The notes beneath the pieces were generated by a model. The model saw only the letters and a list, made by a program, of their open reading frames with translations. It made no database searches and was not told the origin of the DNA. A stretch of DNA of 64,000 nucleotides from an uncultured Planctomycetaceae bacterium. GTDB lineage: Bacteria; Planctomycetota; Planctomycetia; Isosphaerales; Isosphaeraceae. Numbering within the stretch: position 1 is the first letter of the stretch; every line of letters starts with the position of its first letter. Location of the stretch: positions 4,128,001-4,192,000 of the forward strand of contig CAWIAD010000002.1 in assembly GCA_963833985.1 (NCBI GenBank). Reading direction: 5' to 3'. Made by a program: the position numbers and the translations under genes. Below are positions 29,933-39,640 of this stretch, piece by piece.

Positions 29933-32192
29933 ACTCCGACCAAGCTCAGGAGCCGGTCTGCGACTACTGCCAGGCGCCCTTGCCCCTGGGCTGGTGGGGC
30001 CGGACGACCGAGCCGGCCGGGTCCGAGGACTCCCCGCTCTACTGCTGCCTGGGCTGCCGGATGGCCGCGGCCATCGTGCAAGAAACCGGTGAGGCCGGCG
30101 CCGCGCGGGGCATGCTTACGCGGCTGGGCTTGTCGATCTTCTGCGCGATGAACGTCATGGCCTTCACCATGGCGCTCTGGACCGCCGACGTCTACGAGCC
30201 GGCGGGGCAGGGAAGCCCGCTCGGGACCGTCCTGCAAGGACTGTTCCGCTACGTCGCCCTGCTCTTCTCGCTTCCCGTGCTCTTCCTGCTGGGGCTTCCC
30301 CTGGCAAGCGGAACGTGGCAGAGCCTGCGCCGGGGCGTGCTCTCCACCGACGCGCTGCTCTGCCTGGGCGTGGGCGGAGCGTTCGCCGTCTCCTTCTTTT
30401 CGGTCTTCCGCGGTCACGGACCCATCTACTTCGAGGTCGGGTGCGTGATCCTGGTGATGACCGCGCTCGGCCGCTGGCTCGAGGCAACCGGCCGGCTCAA
30501 GGCCAGCTCCGCGCTCGACGCGCTGGCCCGGCTCTTGCCCGACGAGGTTCGCCGCCTTGACGCGGCGACCGGTGCGGAGCAGCGCATCCCGCTGGGGGAT
30601 GTGCAGGTTGGCGACCGGCTGCGCATCCTGCCCGGCGAACGATTCCCCGCCGATGGCCATGTGCACGACAACTCCGCGCTGGTGGATGAGCAGGTCCTCA
30701 CGGGTGAGAGCCGCCCGGTTCTCAAGGAGCCCGGATCACGAGTCTTCGGCGGGACGCTCGACCTCGATGGCGACCTGGTCGTGCGGGTCAGCGCGGTCGG
30801 TGCCGACGGATCGCTGGCCCGGTTGGTGGAGCTCGTCAAGCAGGCGCGCCTGGCCAAGGGACGTTACCAGCGTCTGGTGGACCGGATCTCCTCCTGGTTC
30901 TTGCCGGTGGTCTCCGGGATAGCGGTGCTGGCGTTCTTGCTGCACTGGACCCTCAACTCCATGGAACAGGGCTTGCTAGCGGGTCTGGCCGTCAGCCTGA
31001 TCGCCTGCCCGTGCGCGCTCGGGCTGGCCACGCCTTTGGCCGTCTGGAGCGCGATCGGCCAGGCGGCAAGCCAACAGGTCCTGTTCCGGAACGGCGAGGC
31101 GCTCGAGCGGCTGGCCGGGATCGCCGCGGTCCGGTTCGACAAGACGGGTACCCTCTCGACCGGCTCGGCGGTCGTCAGCGGCTGTGTGTTGGAGCAGCCT
31201 GATGCAGAGGACGAGGTCCTGGCCCGCGCCTCCGCACTGGCCTCGTGCTCCTCTCATGTCTTCGCGCAGGCCATCGAGAATTACTCCCGGCAAGACGATG
31301 CCACGGAGCGCGTGCCTGTGCTGCTCCGCTGCGTGCGCGCCGTCCCCGGCCATGGCGTGACGGGCATTCTTGAAGATGGAAATCTGCATACCTCGATATC
31401 GCTTGGCAGTCCCGCGCTCATGGACGAGCGTGGGCTGCACCTTGGCCCGGCGCTTCAGCGGGCCGCCGACCAGGCCCGTGGACAAGGGCTCTCGTTCTCC
31501 CTGGTGGGCTGGGACGGCCTGCGCGCGGGCTCTTCCTGTTCACCGAGCAGTGGCGGCCTGACTGCCAGCGGGTTCTCAACTGCCTCCAAGGTGCCGGCCT
31601 CGACGTCGGCATCCTCACCGGCGACCACGAGGCACGCGGCCGGGCGATTGCCCGCGACCTCGATGTCACGGTCCACGCGGGGCTGCTGCCGGAGCAAAAG
31701 GTGGCGGCCATCAGACGGGCCCGCGCCGCCTGCGGTCCGGTGGCCATGGTCGGCGACGGTATCAACGATGCCCCGGCGCTGGCCGCCAGCGACATCGGCA
31801 TCGCGCTGGGCTGCGGCACCGACGTCTCGCGTGATTCCGCCGCAATCTGTCTGCTGGCCGATGATCTGGCACGCATTCCCTGGAGCATCGAGCTGGCGCG
31901 GCGGACCATCCGGGTGATTCGCCAGAACCTCTTCTGGGCGTTTGCCTACAACGGCATTGGCGTGGCTTTCGCCGCGCTTGGGGGGCTCTACCCGGCCTTC
32001 GCGGCACTGCTCATGGTGGCCAGTAGCGCCATGGTCATCGGTAACTCCCTCCGTCTCAGGCAACCCCTGGTCCTGGAACTGCCGCCAGCACCCGCGGCGC
32101 CGGCCGTGTCCGACGACCCCGGCAGCTCCGGCTCCCAGGCGAAGCGGCCTGCCGGAGCCCTGGCATTGGAACTGGAGACGACTGTCCCATGA
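29929..32192 (+). CDS. Heavy-metal P1B-type ATPase (CcoI/FixI-like), frameshift near 31521
   Basis: CDYC...YCCLGC metal site, LTGES, ACPCALGLATP, FDKTGT, MVGDGINDAPALA, QNLFWAFAYN. Confidence 0.9.
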
Positions 32193-32897
32193 TCGAGTTG
32201 CCGCTCATCTTCCTGGGAGGTCTGCTCGGCTCGGCGCACTGCGTGGGGATGTGCGGCGGGTTCGCCCTGAGCATTGGCCTCGGCACCCGAGGCCCGGTGG
32301 CAAACCTGCGGCGTCAGCTCGTCTACACCCTGGGCCGAATGCTCACCTACGCCTTTTTTGGAGTCATTGCCGGCTACGGCGGTTTCTGGCTCTCGCGGAG
32401 GGCTGGCACGCTCGTCAACGTGCAGGCCGGATTGTCGATCGTGGCGGGGGCGCTGCTGGTGTTCCAGGGGCTGCTGGCGCTGGGTGCCCTGCCCCGCCGA
32501 CTCGTCCCAGGCTTCTCTGCCGGCGGCACTCCCTGCCTGGCCGGAACCTTCGTGGGACCGTTCCTCCAGGCCGACGGCTGGTCGAACGTGCTGCTTGCGG
32601 GCGTCTTGACGGGCTTCCTCCCCTGCGGCCTGGTATACGGCTTCCTGTCCCTGGCCGGCAGCACGGCCAGCGAGTTTCACGGCCTGCTGACCATGCTCGC
32701 CTTTGGCGCCGGCACGGCGCCGCTCATGATCGCGACCGGCGTCGGCGGCTCGCTGCTCTCGCACGCCGCGCCGGCACCTCCTGAAGGTCTCGGCCGTCTG
32801 CGTGCTCCTCACCGGCCTGATCTCACTGGGCCGAGGCGTCCTCTTCGTGCAGCTCCCCGGCACCACGGTCCTGACCTCCTGCCCGTTCTGCCGGTAG
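32189..32897 (+). CDS. DsbD_2/TauE-SafE-like membrane protein (cbb3 assembly-associated), frameshift near 32770
   Basis: GSAHCVGMCGG, GFLPCGLVY, MLAFGAGTAP; corrected frame ends ...TSCPFCR*. Confidence 0.85.
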
Positions 32898-32926
32898 GCC
32901 CGCCTGCCCTCGAAGGCGCTCCCTGT

Positions 32927-33422
32927 CCTGCCCGAGGCGCGTGCTCGATTGGCTTCCTTCTGGCCGCCGGTCGCGCACCGCAACGGCTGCATCCTCCTTG
33001 CCACTCTCCACTTGCATCGCCAGATCATTGGCTTCGTTCAAGATACTCTGAGAAACTCGTGAAGAACCACCCGTAGGGTGGGTCAGCGCAGCGCAACCCA
33101 CCGTCTTGCAGACCTTTACGTGCGGGATGCCCCTCTTCATGCTTGTCATCGTCTCCTTACTTCCCATTCCCGCGCGATCTGTAGCCATTCCCGGCTGTTC
33201 CCCCTCCATTCGCCTCCTGCCCGAGGCGCGTGCTCGATTGGCTCCGTTCTGACGTCCCTTTTCGCTCCGAAACGGCTGTATCCTCTTTGCCAATCTCAAC
33301 TTGCGTCTCCACCAGATTGGCTTCGTTCAAGATACTCTCAATAACTCGTGGAGCACCACCCGTAGGGTGGGTCAGCGCAGCGCAACCCACCGTCTTGCAG
33401 ACCTTTACGTGCGGGATGCCCC
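32927..33422. repeat. Direct repeat with 289-bp period containing GTAG-type REPs
   Basis: 32927-33133 matches 33216-33422; each copy contains GTAGGGTGGGTCAGCGCAGCGCAACCCACC (33073-33102, 33362-33391). Confidence 0.88.
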
Positions 33423-34562
33423 CGCTCGACGGCATTCCGGCACCATCCCCGTCGTTCCGGCCGTCGCGCGATTCATCGTGTGGTTGACGTGCGACTGGCT
33501 CGGGCGCGGGGCCGATCTGTGGCTCATGGACAACCGGCATGGGGGGACGGTCGGCCTCGTTGTTGTTGTCGGCGCCGAGCTCGGCTTTTTGCAGGTTCGA
33601 CAGCGTGGTCAGCGTACGCAGCAGCTCGCGGGTCAGCGCACCCTGGTGCCGGCGCAGGACCGCGACGGCCTTGCTGGCGGCGAAGACCGCGCGGTCGGGC
33701 TCGGCGTCGGCTTCGATCTGCTCCAGGTCCTCGTGCTCGCCGAGCCGCGCTTCCAGCCGGTGGATCGCCTCGTCCACGATCGAGCTGAGGACCTCCCAGC
33801 CCTCTTTCGGGCTGGCCGGCGGGCGCGACAGCGCCGCCACGGCATCGCGCCGCTGAAATAGGGGCCGGAACTGGCTTTCATGTTGCGGAACAGCTCCCAG
33901 AGCTCGCGGCCCTGACCCGGCTCGATCGCATCGACGGCCTGAAACACGCGGTTGGCGGCCGGGTCGATCATGCCTTCCAGGAAGCTCTTGCCCATGAGCC
34001 GCAGGAACCGGTAGTGGTCGGTCTCGCACCATGCGGCCCGCACGTCGATGAGGTTGCGGAACTCGGACCACCGCGCCAGCAGCCAGCGGCAGCCCTCGGG
34101 GAGCTGCTCGAGCCGGGCCAGGAACACGGCGGGCATGTCGTCGTAGTACTCGGCCTTGCCAAACCGCTCACGCGGGTCGAGGGTGTCCAGCAGCTTGCGG
34201 CCCAGGATGTGAGCCTGCTTCAGCCGCGTGGCCTCATCGCGGTCGCGCTGGCGGTGGACGCGAGCCGCGAGGTAGGCCGTCTCGGCCCGCTCGGCGCGGT
34301 CGATCTGCCAGTCGATGCGCGCCGCGTGGCCGACGAGAGTGCGTTCGACGTCGTTGCGCGGCACGAGTTCAAATGTCCACTGGAGGATCCGTTCGGCGAG
34401 CTCCCTGGGATCTTCCTGGGGCAGGACGGGGATGGCGATGCGGGCGTTGGCGCCATGCCTCAGCGCGTTGAGCCGGGCGCGGGCCTTGCCTTGATCGCTC
34501 TTCGGCCCCGTGCTTTTTGCGGCGTTGCGGCGATTGGCCGCGATCTGGGCTGTGGTGGCCAC
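33157..34562 (-). CDS. Hypothetical 'QIAANRRNA..STGP' family protein (frameshift near 33836)
   Basis: GGAG-free but clean GTG start MATTAQIAANRRNAAKSTGPKSDQGKARARLNALRHG; second frame continues ...LRRHQGALTRELLRTL and runs into the repeat. Confidence 0.7.
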
Positions 34563-34911
34563 GGAGTTGCTCTCTTTGCTTGTAGTGCAGGTCGTGTATG
34601 CGGTGCGCAGAGCGGCCCTGGCTGCTGGTTCACCGAGGAGCGGCGCGGGGAGCGGCCCTCTCGGCGAGCCGCGGCCGATGCGCCGGGATCTGCCGTCTAT
34701 CTATGAGGATCCGTCCAAAACTGCCCCAGAATCGCAGAAATTCGGATTTTTGTTTTTTTCCCCGGCCGTCGGGCAGGTGTGCCCTTTCGGCAGGCGATAT
34801 TTGCGTGCCGGTGCTTGCACCTGGCCTGCAATCGCACGTCCTGGAGTCGCTCCGTCCGGGGCGTTGCGGACATCGTCGCGTCCGTATCCGCCGGAGCCCA
34901 GGCCGGGAATC

Positions 34912-35208
34912 GGTGCATCGTCGCTGCGTTTGACGCACCCTAGATAACCAGACATCTTAAGCGTGAGCATTCGTATGGTGCGTCAAGCGCAGCGACGACG
35001 CACCAGTGGACAATCGCGGCGTCCGCGTCCACGTGAAGCCCGCGGCGTATGGCCACGTGCACCAGCCCCATGGAGTCCGCGGCGCATGGCCACGTGCGTG
35101 AGCACGTGGTTTTCACGGGCGCAGCCTCCAACCTCGGGCGTGAGCCCGACCAGTGGGGAAGCCCGGTCCGCAGATTGGTGCGTCGTCGCAGCGCTTGACG
35201 CACCGTAC
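34912..35208. repeat. Three GTAG-type REP palindromes in alternating orientation
   Basis: Approximate consensus GTANGGTGCGTCAAGCGCAGCGACGACGCACC at 34912-34943 (-), 34973-35004 (+), 35177-35208 (-). Confidence 0.8.
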
Positions 35209-35332
35209 GCACCTGGAGCCCGGGCGCATGGCCACGTGCGCCAGCGCCATGGACTCTGCGGCGTATGGCCACGTGCGTGAGCACGTGGTTTACACGGGCG
35301 CAGCCTCCAACCTCGGCCGTGAGGCCGACCAG
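35086..35332 (+). repeat. Two 68-bp double-hairpin repeats downstream of the RAYT gene
   Basis: ATGGCCACGTGCGTGAGCACGTGGTTTTCACGGGCGCAGCCTCCAACCTCGGGCGTGAGCCCGACCAG at 35086-35153, variant at 35265-35332 (179-bp period). Confidence 0.9.
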
Positions 35333-35369
35333 CACCTGAGACCGACACGCCGCGCATCTTGCCGCGGAT

Positions 35370-36368
35370 TCACCGTGCCGCGCACCCGCCCAGGTTCGCC
35401 AGGTGATGCCGGCCCAGCCGACCGGCCACATCCCGCAGCCGTTCCCGGCTCGCCGCAAAGAATCGGCCCAGCAGCCGGCCGCCGGCGAGCTTCAGCAGCC
35501 GTGCCTGCCAGTTCTCGGCATTGCTCCCCAGCCGCTCCAGTATCCCCGCCAGCTCAGCCGAGACCGCCGTTTTCCCTTCGCGAAACAGCCGCCCGGTGTA
35601 GTCCACCAGCAACAAATAGCTTCCCAGCGAGAACCCCTCGACCATCCCTTCGCGACTCGAGTCGAGCCCCCGGCGATCCTCGATCGGGCAGAGCCAGAGC
35701 TGCTCTTCCAGCCCGCTCGCCGCCTGCGACCCCGCCACGCTGCCTGCCTCGGCGGCCTTCAGGTCGTCCGCTCGCCCCTGCTCCCGCACGTGATCGACCC
35801 GTTCCTTGATCGACGTGTGCGGGTTGGCCTCGGGCACCTCAGCGATCCCTGCCGCCACCGGGTTCAGATCGATGTAAGCACACGTTGCCAGCAGCGATTC
35901 CTCATCGAGGATCGCCACGCTCTGGAACCGCCCCTCGAAGAACGCCCCGCGCGTGTTCTCCTCGCGGTTGGCCAGTCGCGAGAGTGGCTCCTTCAGGCAC
36001 TTCATGAACCAGCTCAGGCTTTGCAGCCGCTGGCGTGCCATCACCACCCAACTGGCGTCTTTCAGCTGTTCCTTGACCCACGCATCCGAGACCGGCAATG
36101 ACCGCCGCGTCTTGTCGCGCGGTGGAAAGAGCCTCCCCCAGCGCCGCACGACCTCTTCATCCGCCCACCCCGCCGCGACATCCGGGTCGAGCCGCACCAG
36201 CAGATGCAGATGGTTGTCGAGGATGGCGAACCCGCCCACCGCCACGGAGAAGATCTCCGCAAGTTCCCGCAACCGCCGTTCGATCCATTCCTTGCGGTCG
36301 AGCTGCCCCTCGCCGAGCAGAAACGCCCGCCGCACGCATCGGCTGATGCAGTGATACCAGCGGGTCAC
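35370..36368 (-). CDS. REP-associated tyrosine transposase (RAYT, HUH/Y1 family), long type
   Basis: WYHCISRCVRRAFL, HUH motif DNHLHLLV, SWFMKCLKEPLSRLANREE, GAFFEGRF, catalytic Tyr in CAYIDLNP; N-terminus may be clipped by the adjacent repeat. Confidence 0.9.
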   Translation of the reverse strand: MTRWYHCISRCVRRAFLLGEGQLDRKEWIERRLRELAEIFSVAVGGFAILDNHLHLLVRLDPDVAAGWADEEVVRRWGRLFPPRDKTRRSLPVSDAWVKEQLKDASWVVMARQRLQSLSWFMKCLKEPLSRLANREENTRGAFFEGRFQSVAILDEESLLATCAYIDLNPVAAGIAEVPEANPHTSIKERVDHVREQGRADDLKAAEAGSVAGSQAASGLEEQLWLCPIEDRRGLDSSREGMVEGFSLGSYLLLVDYTGRLFREGKTAVSAELAGILERLGSNAENWQARLLKLAGGRLLGRFFAASRERLRDVAGRLGRHHLANLGGCAAR

Positions 36369-36397
36369 AGTCGGATCGTAGGCCTGACAGCCGGGTT

Positions 36398-36602
36398 CTG
36401 GTCGGGCTCACGCCCGAGGTTGGAGGCTGCGCCCGTGAAAACCACGTGCTCACGCACGTGGCCATGTGCTATGCGCCACGGACGCCGGGTCGGGCGGAGC
36501 AGCGCCGTGGGGACGAGCGTGGTTCGCCGATGTGCAGGTCGGGCTCACGCCCGAGGTGGGGGGCTGCGCCCGTGAAAAGCACGCGCTGACGCACGTGGCC
36601 AT
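36398..36602 (-). repeat. Two 68-bp double-hairpin repeats upstream of the RAYT gene (inverted relative to the downstream pair)
   Basis: 36398-36465 is the exact reverse complement of 35086-35153; 36535-36602 is a variant. Confidence 0.9.
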
Positions 36603-36652
36603 GCGCTCCGAGCTGTCCTTCAACCTGGCCGACGGCCCCGAAGCGGCACCAC

Positions 36653-36681
36653 TTGACACGCACTTGAATGACGCGTAAACT
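36653..36681 (+). promoter_or_regulatory. Sigma70-type promoter upstream of pirin
   Basis: TTGACA (36653-36658), 17-bp spacer, TAAACT (36676-36681). Confidence 0.6.
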
Positions 36682-36816
36682 AATGACGTGAAAATTAACT
36701 GGACATCAGCGAAGAGTCGTCGCGGGCTGTCGGCTGTGGCGGTTACTGAAGGAAAAGCGGACTGTCCATTGGTGGAAGGGCCAGTAACTGGAATCTAATG
36801 GGAAAGGAAGGATGCA

Positions 36817-37515
36817 ATGATCCGGGTTCGCAGGGCGTCCGGGCGCGGGCATTTCGACCACGGCTGGCTGGACACGTACCACACGTTCTCGTTCTCCAGG
36901 TACTACGACCCCGCGCACATGGGGTTCCGGGCACTGCGGGTCATCAACGAGGACCGGGTGGCGCCCGGGCGCGGGTTCGGCAACCATCCGCACCAGGACA
37001 TGGAGATCGTCACGTACGTGCTCTCCGGGTCGCTGGCGCACCGGGACAGCCTGGGAACCGGCAGCACGATCCGGCCCGGCGAGCTGCAACGGATGACCGC
37101 CGGCACGGGGATCAGCCATAGCGAGTTCAACCCGTCTCAGTCCGAGCCGGTGCACCTCTACCAGATCTGGCTGCTGCCGGAACGCGAAGGGCTGGAACCG
37201 TCCTACGAGCAGCGCGAGTTCCCCGAGGAAGAGAGGCACAACCGGCTGCGGCTGGTTGCCTCCCCGGATGGGGCAGACGGGTCTCTGACGATCCGCCAGG
37301 ACGCGGAGCTCTATCTCGCCTCGCTCGACGGCGGCAGCGAGCTGCACCATGAGCTTGCGCCTGGACGGCACGCCTGGCTGCAACTGCTGCGGGGCAGCGC
37401 CCATCTGAACGGCCATTCGCTGGAAGCGGGTGACGGTGCCGCAGTCGGCGCGGAACCCGATCTGACCATCCGTGCGGACGGTCCGTCCGAAGTCTTGCTC
37501 TTCGATCTTGCCTGA
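36817..37515 (+). CDS. Pirin family protein (YhhW-like)
   Basis: DHGWLDTYHTFSF, LRVINED, HPHQDMEIVTYV, AHRDSLG, MTAGTGISHSE. Confidence 0.93.
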   Translation: MIRVRRASGRGHFDHGWLDTYHTFSFSRYYDPAHMGFRALRVINEDRVAPGRGFGNHPHQDMEIVTYVLSGSLAHRDSLGTGSTIRPGELQRMTAGTGISHSEFNPSQSEPVHLYQIWLLPEREGLEPSYEQREFPEEERHNRLRLVASPDGADGSLTIRQDAELYLASLDGGSELHHELAPGRHAWLQLLRGSAHLNGHSLEAGDGAAVGAEPDLTIRADGPSEVLLFDLA

Positions 37516-37605
37516 GGGCAACGGTCCCGACTTGCAACCGGCACGCCCACGCCGTGTAATGGTCCCCGTGCGACAAATGTCGTAGATGGCTCCGGGGCTC
37601 GTTCC

Positions 37606-39444
37606 ATGACAGTCGGACCGCTCCTGAGGCGGGAATTCGTCGTTGCGATCGGGCGCGGGGACCTGTTCCGGGACCGCTTGCGGGCGGCAGCCGTGACAGG
37701 AGCCGTGGCGGTTTCGTGCTTTGCGTTCTGGGACTGGAAGGGGTGGGATCGTGTATCGGTCGCCGGAGCGGCGTTCTTCGCTTACGTCGCCCTGTGGCCG
37801 GTGCTGGCCGCCCAGGCATGCATCGCGGTCGCGTCGGTCCTTCCCGTGGCCCGTGCCATCGCTTCGGAACGGGACAGGAAGACTCTGGACGCGCTGCTCG
37901 CAACGCGGCTTTCCGGTTTCGAGATCGTCCTTGGAGTGGTGGCCGCGGGCCTTTTCCGGTTCGCGAACGCGCTGGCCGCAACGCTGCCCGTGTTCGTTCT
38001 CATCGTTTACCTGGGCGGGGTGGATTCGTTCTTCGTGCTGCTCGTCTGCGTGTGTTTGACGTCCACGGCGCTGGGCGTCGTGGCGCTGGCCGTGGCGGTT
38101 TCGGTGGAGGCACGCACCGCCAGCCGCGCTTCCCGGGCAGCGGTGGGACTTCTGTATGCGTGGTTCGCCCTCCCGCTCATGCTCTTTTTGCTGCGTATGA
38201 GCCTCCTGCCGGCCGTGCCCGCCTGGCTGGTATCGCCAGTATTGTGGGCCCTTGACAGCAGCCCGCTCGGGCTCGCAGCGAACCTGCTGGGCGTCTTGCC
38301 CAGGCCGTGGAAACCGATGGAGGCGGTCCTGAGGATGGCCCTGCTTCAGGTTGCGGTCGCTGCACTCCTGTCGGCCTGGGCGGTCTGGCGGCTCCGGCCC
38401 GCGTCGCGCGCATTGTACGATCTCGAGGGCCGCTCCGCAGTGCTCCAGGCGCTCCGCGCCGCGAACCGCTCGCTGCCGGCCCGACGCCCTTGCGGTGCGA
38501 ACCCCGTGCTCTGGAATGAGGTCTACGGCCAACGGCCAACGCACCGAGCGGTGCGCGTTGCGGAAAGGCTGGTTCGCCTGGTCGGGATGGCCTTGCTCTT
38601 GCTCTGCACCTGGTGGTTCGCAGCGCCGGCGTTCGTCGAGCTGAGCGAACAGGGTTACGGGCCGTCGCCCAGGGCGTACACCATGCCCGATGCGAATCCG
38701 CTGCCGCGGGTGATCGCCGAGCGGTTGATCGCAGGGGCGGGTTCGGCCGCGGCGCCGGGGCAGGCCCGGCTGGAGTTCAATCTCGCACTGCGGCAAATTT
38801 CGGCCATGTTCTTCCTGGGCGTTGCGATGAGTTGCTTCTCGTCCGGGGTACAGAGCGTGGCGCAGGAGCGCCGGCGCGACACCTGGCTTGGCTTGCTTGC
38901 GACACCGATGTCGGGTGGCGAGATCATCCGCGGCAAGGTCCTCGGGGCCTTCTGGAGGAGCCGGGACGGCGTGGCATCGCTGCTTTTGCTCTGGACGATT
39001 GGACTCGCCTCCGGTGCGATCCATCCGCTGGGTTTCCTGGCCGCGGTCATCTTGCTCGGCGCGTCCGGTCTTCTTTACGGTGCGATTGGAGTTGCCTCGG
39101 CTCTCCAGGCGGACCGCTGGACGTTATCCCTGGCGCCGGCAGACTGGCCTGAAAGACTCGCGGTCTGGGGAGGCCGCACGCTCCTGATGACCGTCGTGCC
39201 GATGGCCCTGGGCGCAACGGCGCTTTGCAGCTACGAAGACGTCCGGTCCGCGGTCCGTGCGGGAGCTTATCCGCTGTTCGACGGAACGTTCTTGCGGCCA
39301 TGGATCGGCGCACGCGCCATCACCCTCTCTTGCCTTGGCGGAATTGCCGCGCTGGCGGTGTGGGCCGCGTTCTTCACACTTTCCCTGACGCGCTCGTTCG
39401 ACGCCCTCGTCGGCCGGCCCTGGCGACCCTCCGGGATCCATTGA
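37606..39444 (+). CDS. ABC-2-type permease-like polytopic membrane protein
   Basis: AIASERDRKTLDALLATRLS and SVAQERRRDTWLGLLATPMSGGEIIRGK; many TM segments. Confidence 0.75.
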   Translation: MTVGPLLRREFVVAIGRGDLFRDRLRAAAVTGAVAVSCFAFWDWKGWDRVSVAGAAFFAYVALWPVLAAQACIAVASVLPVARAIASERDRKTLDALLATRLSGFEIVLGVVAAGLFRFANALAATLPVFVLIVYLGGVDSFFVLLVCVCLTSTALGVVALAVAVSVEARTASRASRAAVGLLYAWFALPLMLFLLRMSLLPAVPAWLVSPVLWALDSSPLGLAANLLGVLPRPWKPMEAVLRMALLQVAVAALLSAWAVWRLRPASRALYDLEGRSAVLQALRAANRSLPARRPCGANPVLWNEVYGQRPTHRAVRVAERLVRLVGMALLLLCTWWFAAPAFVELSEQGYGPSPRAYTMPDANPLPRVIAERLIAGAGSAAAPGQARLEFNLALRQISAMFFLGVAMSCFSSGVQSVAQERRRDTWLGLLATPMSGGEIIRGKVLGAFWRSRDGVASLLLLWTIGLASGAIHPLGFLAAVILLGASGLLYGAIGVASALQADRWTLSLAPADWPERLAVWGGRTLLMTVVPMALGATALCSYEDVRSAVRAGAYPLFDGTFLRPWIGARAITLSCLGGIAALAVWAAFFTLSLTRSFDALVGRPWRPSGIH

Positions 39445-39640
39445 GCCAGAGCGGGGTTCCGCAGTCTCCCTCCCTTCCGCTGAACCGGCAGATGAAAGAT
39501 TCCGGTGGATCACGGTAGGCTCTGCCCAGGACCACCCGTGGCCTCTGGGCTTCGGCTGAGCGCCGAGGTATCACCAACGCACACATTTGTGCGATGATAC
39601 GCGTGCTGTCAGCTCCGCCCGCAAGCCGACGGAAACCAAC

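Noticed and set aside
35040..36602. RAYT-flanking repeats as a CRISPR array or DDE IS terminal repeats
   Set aside because: Units are 68 bp, irregularly spaced and on both strands; the enzyme is HUH-type and I found no target duplication.
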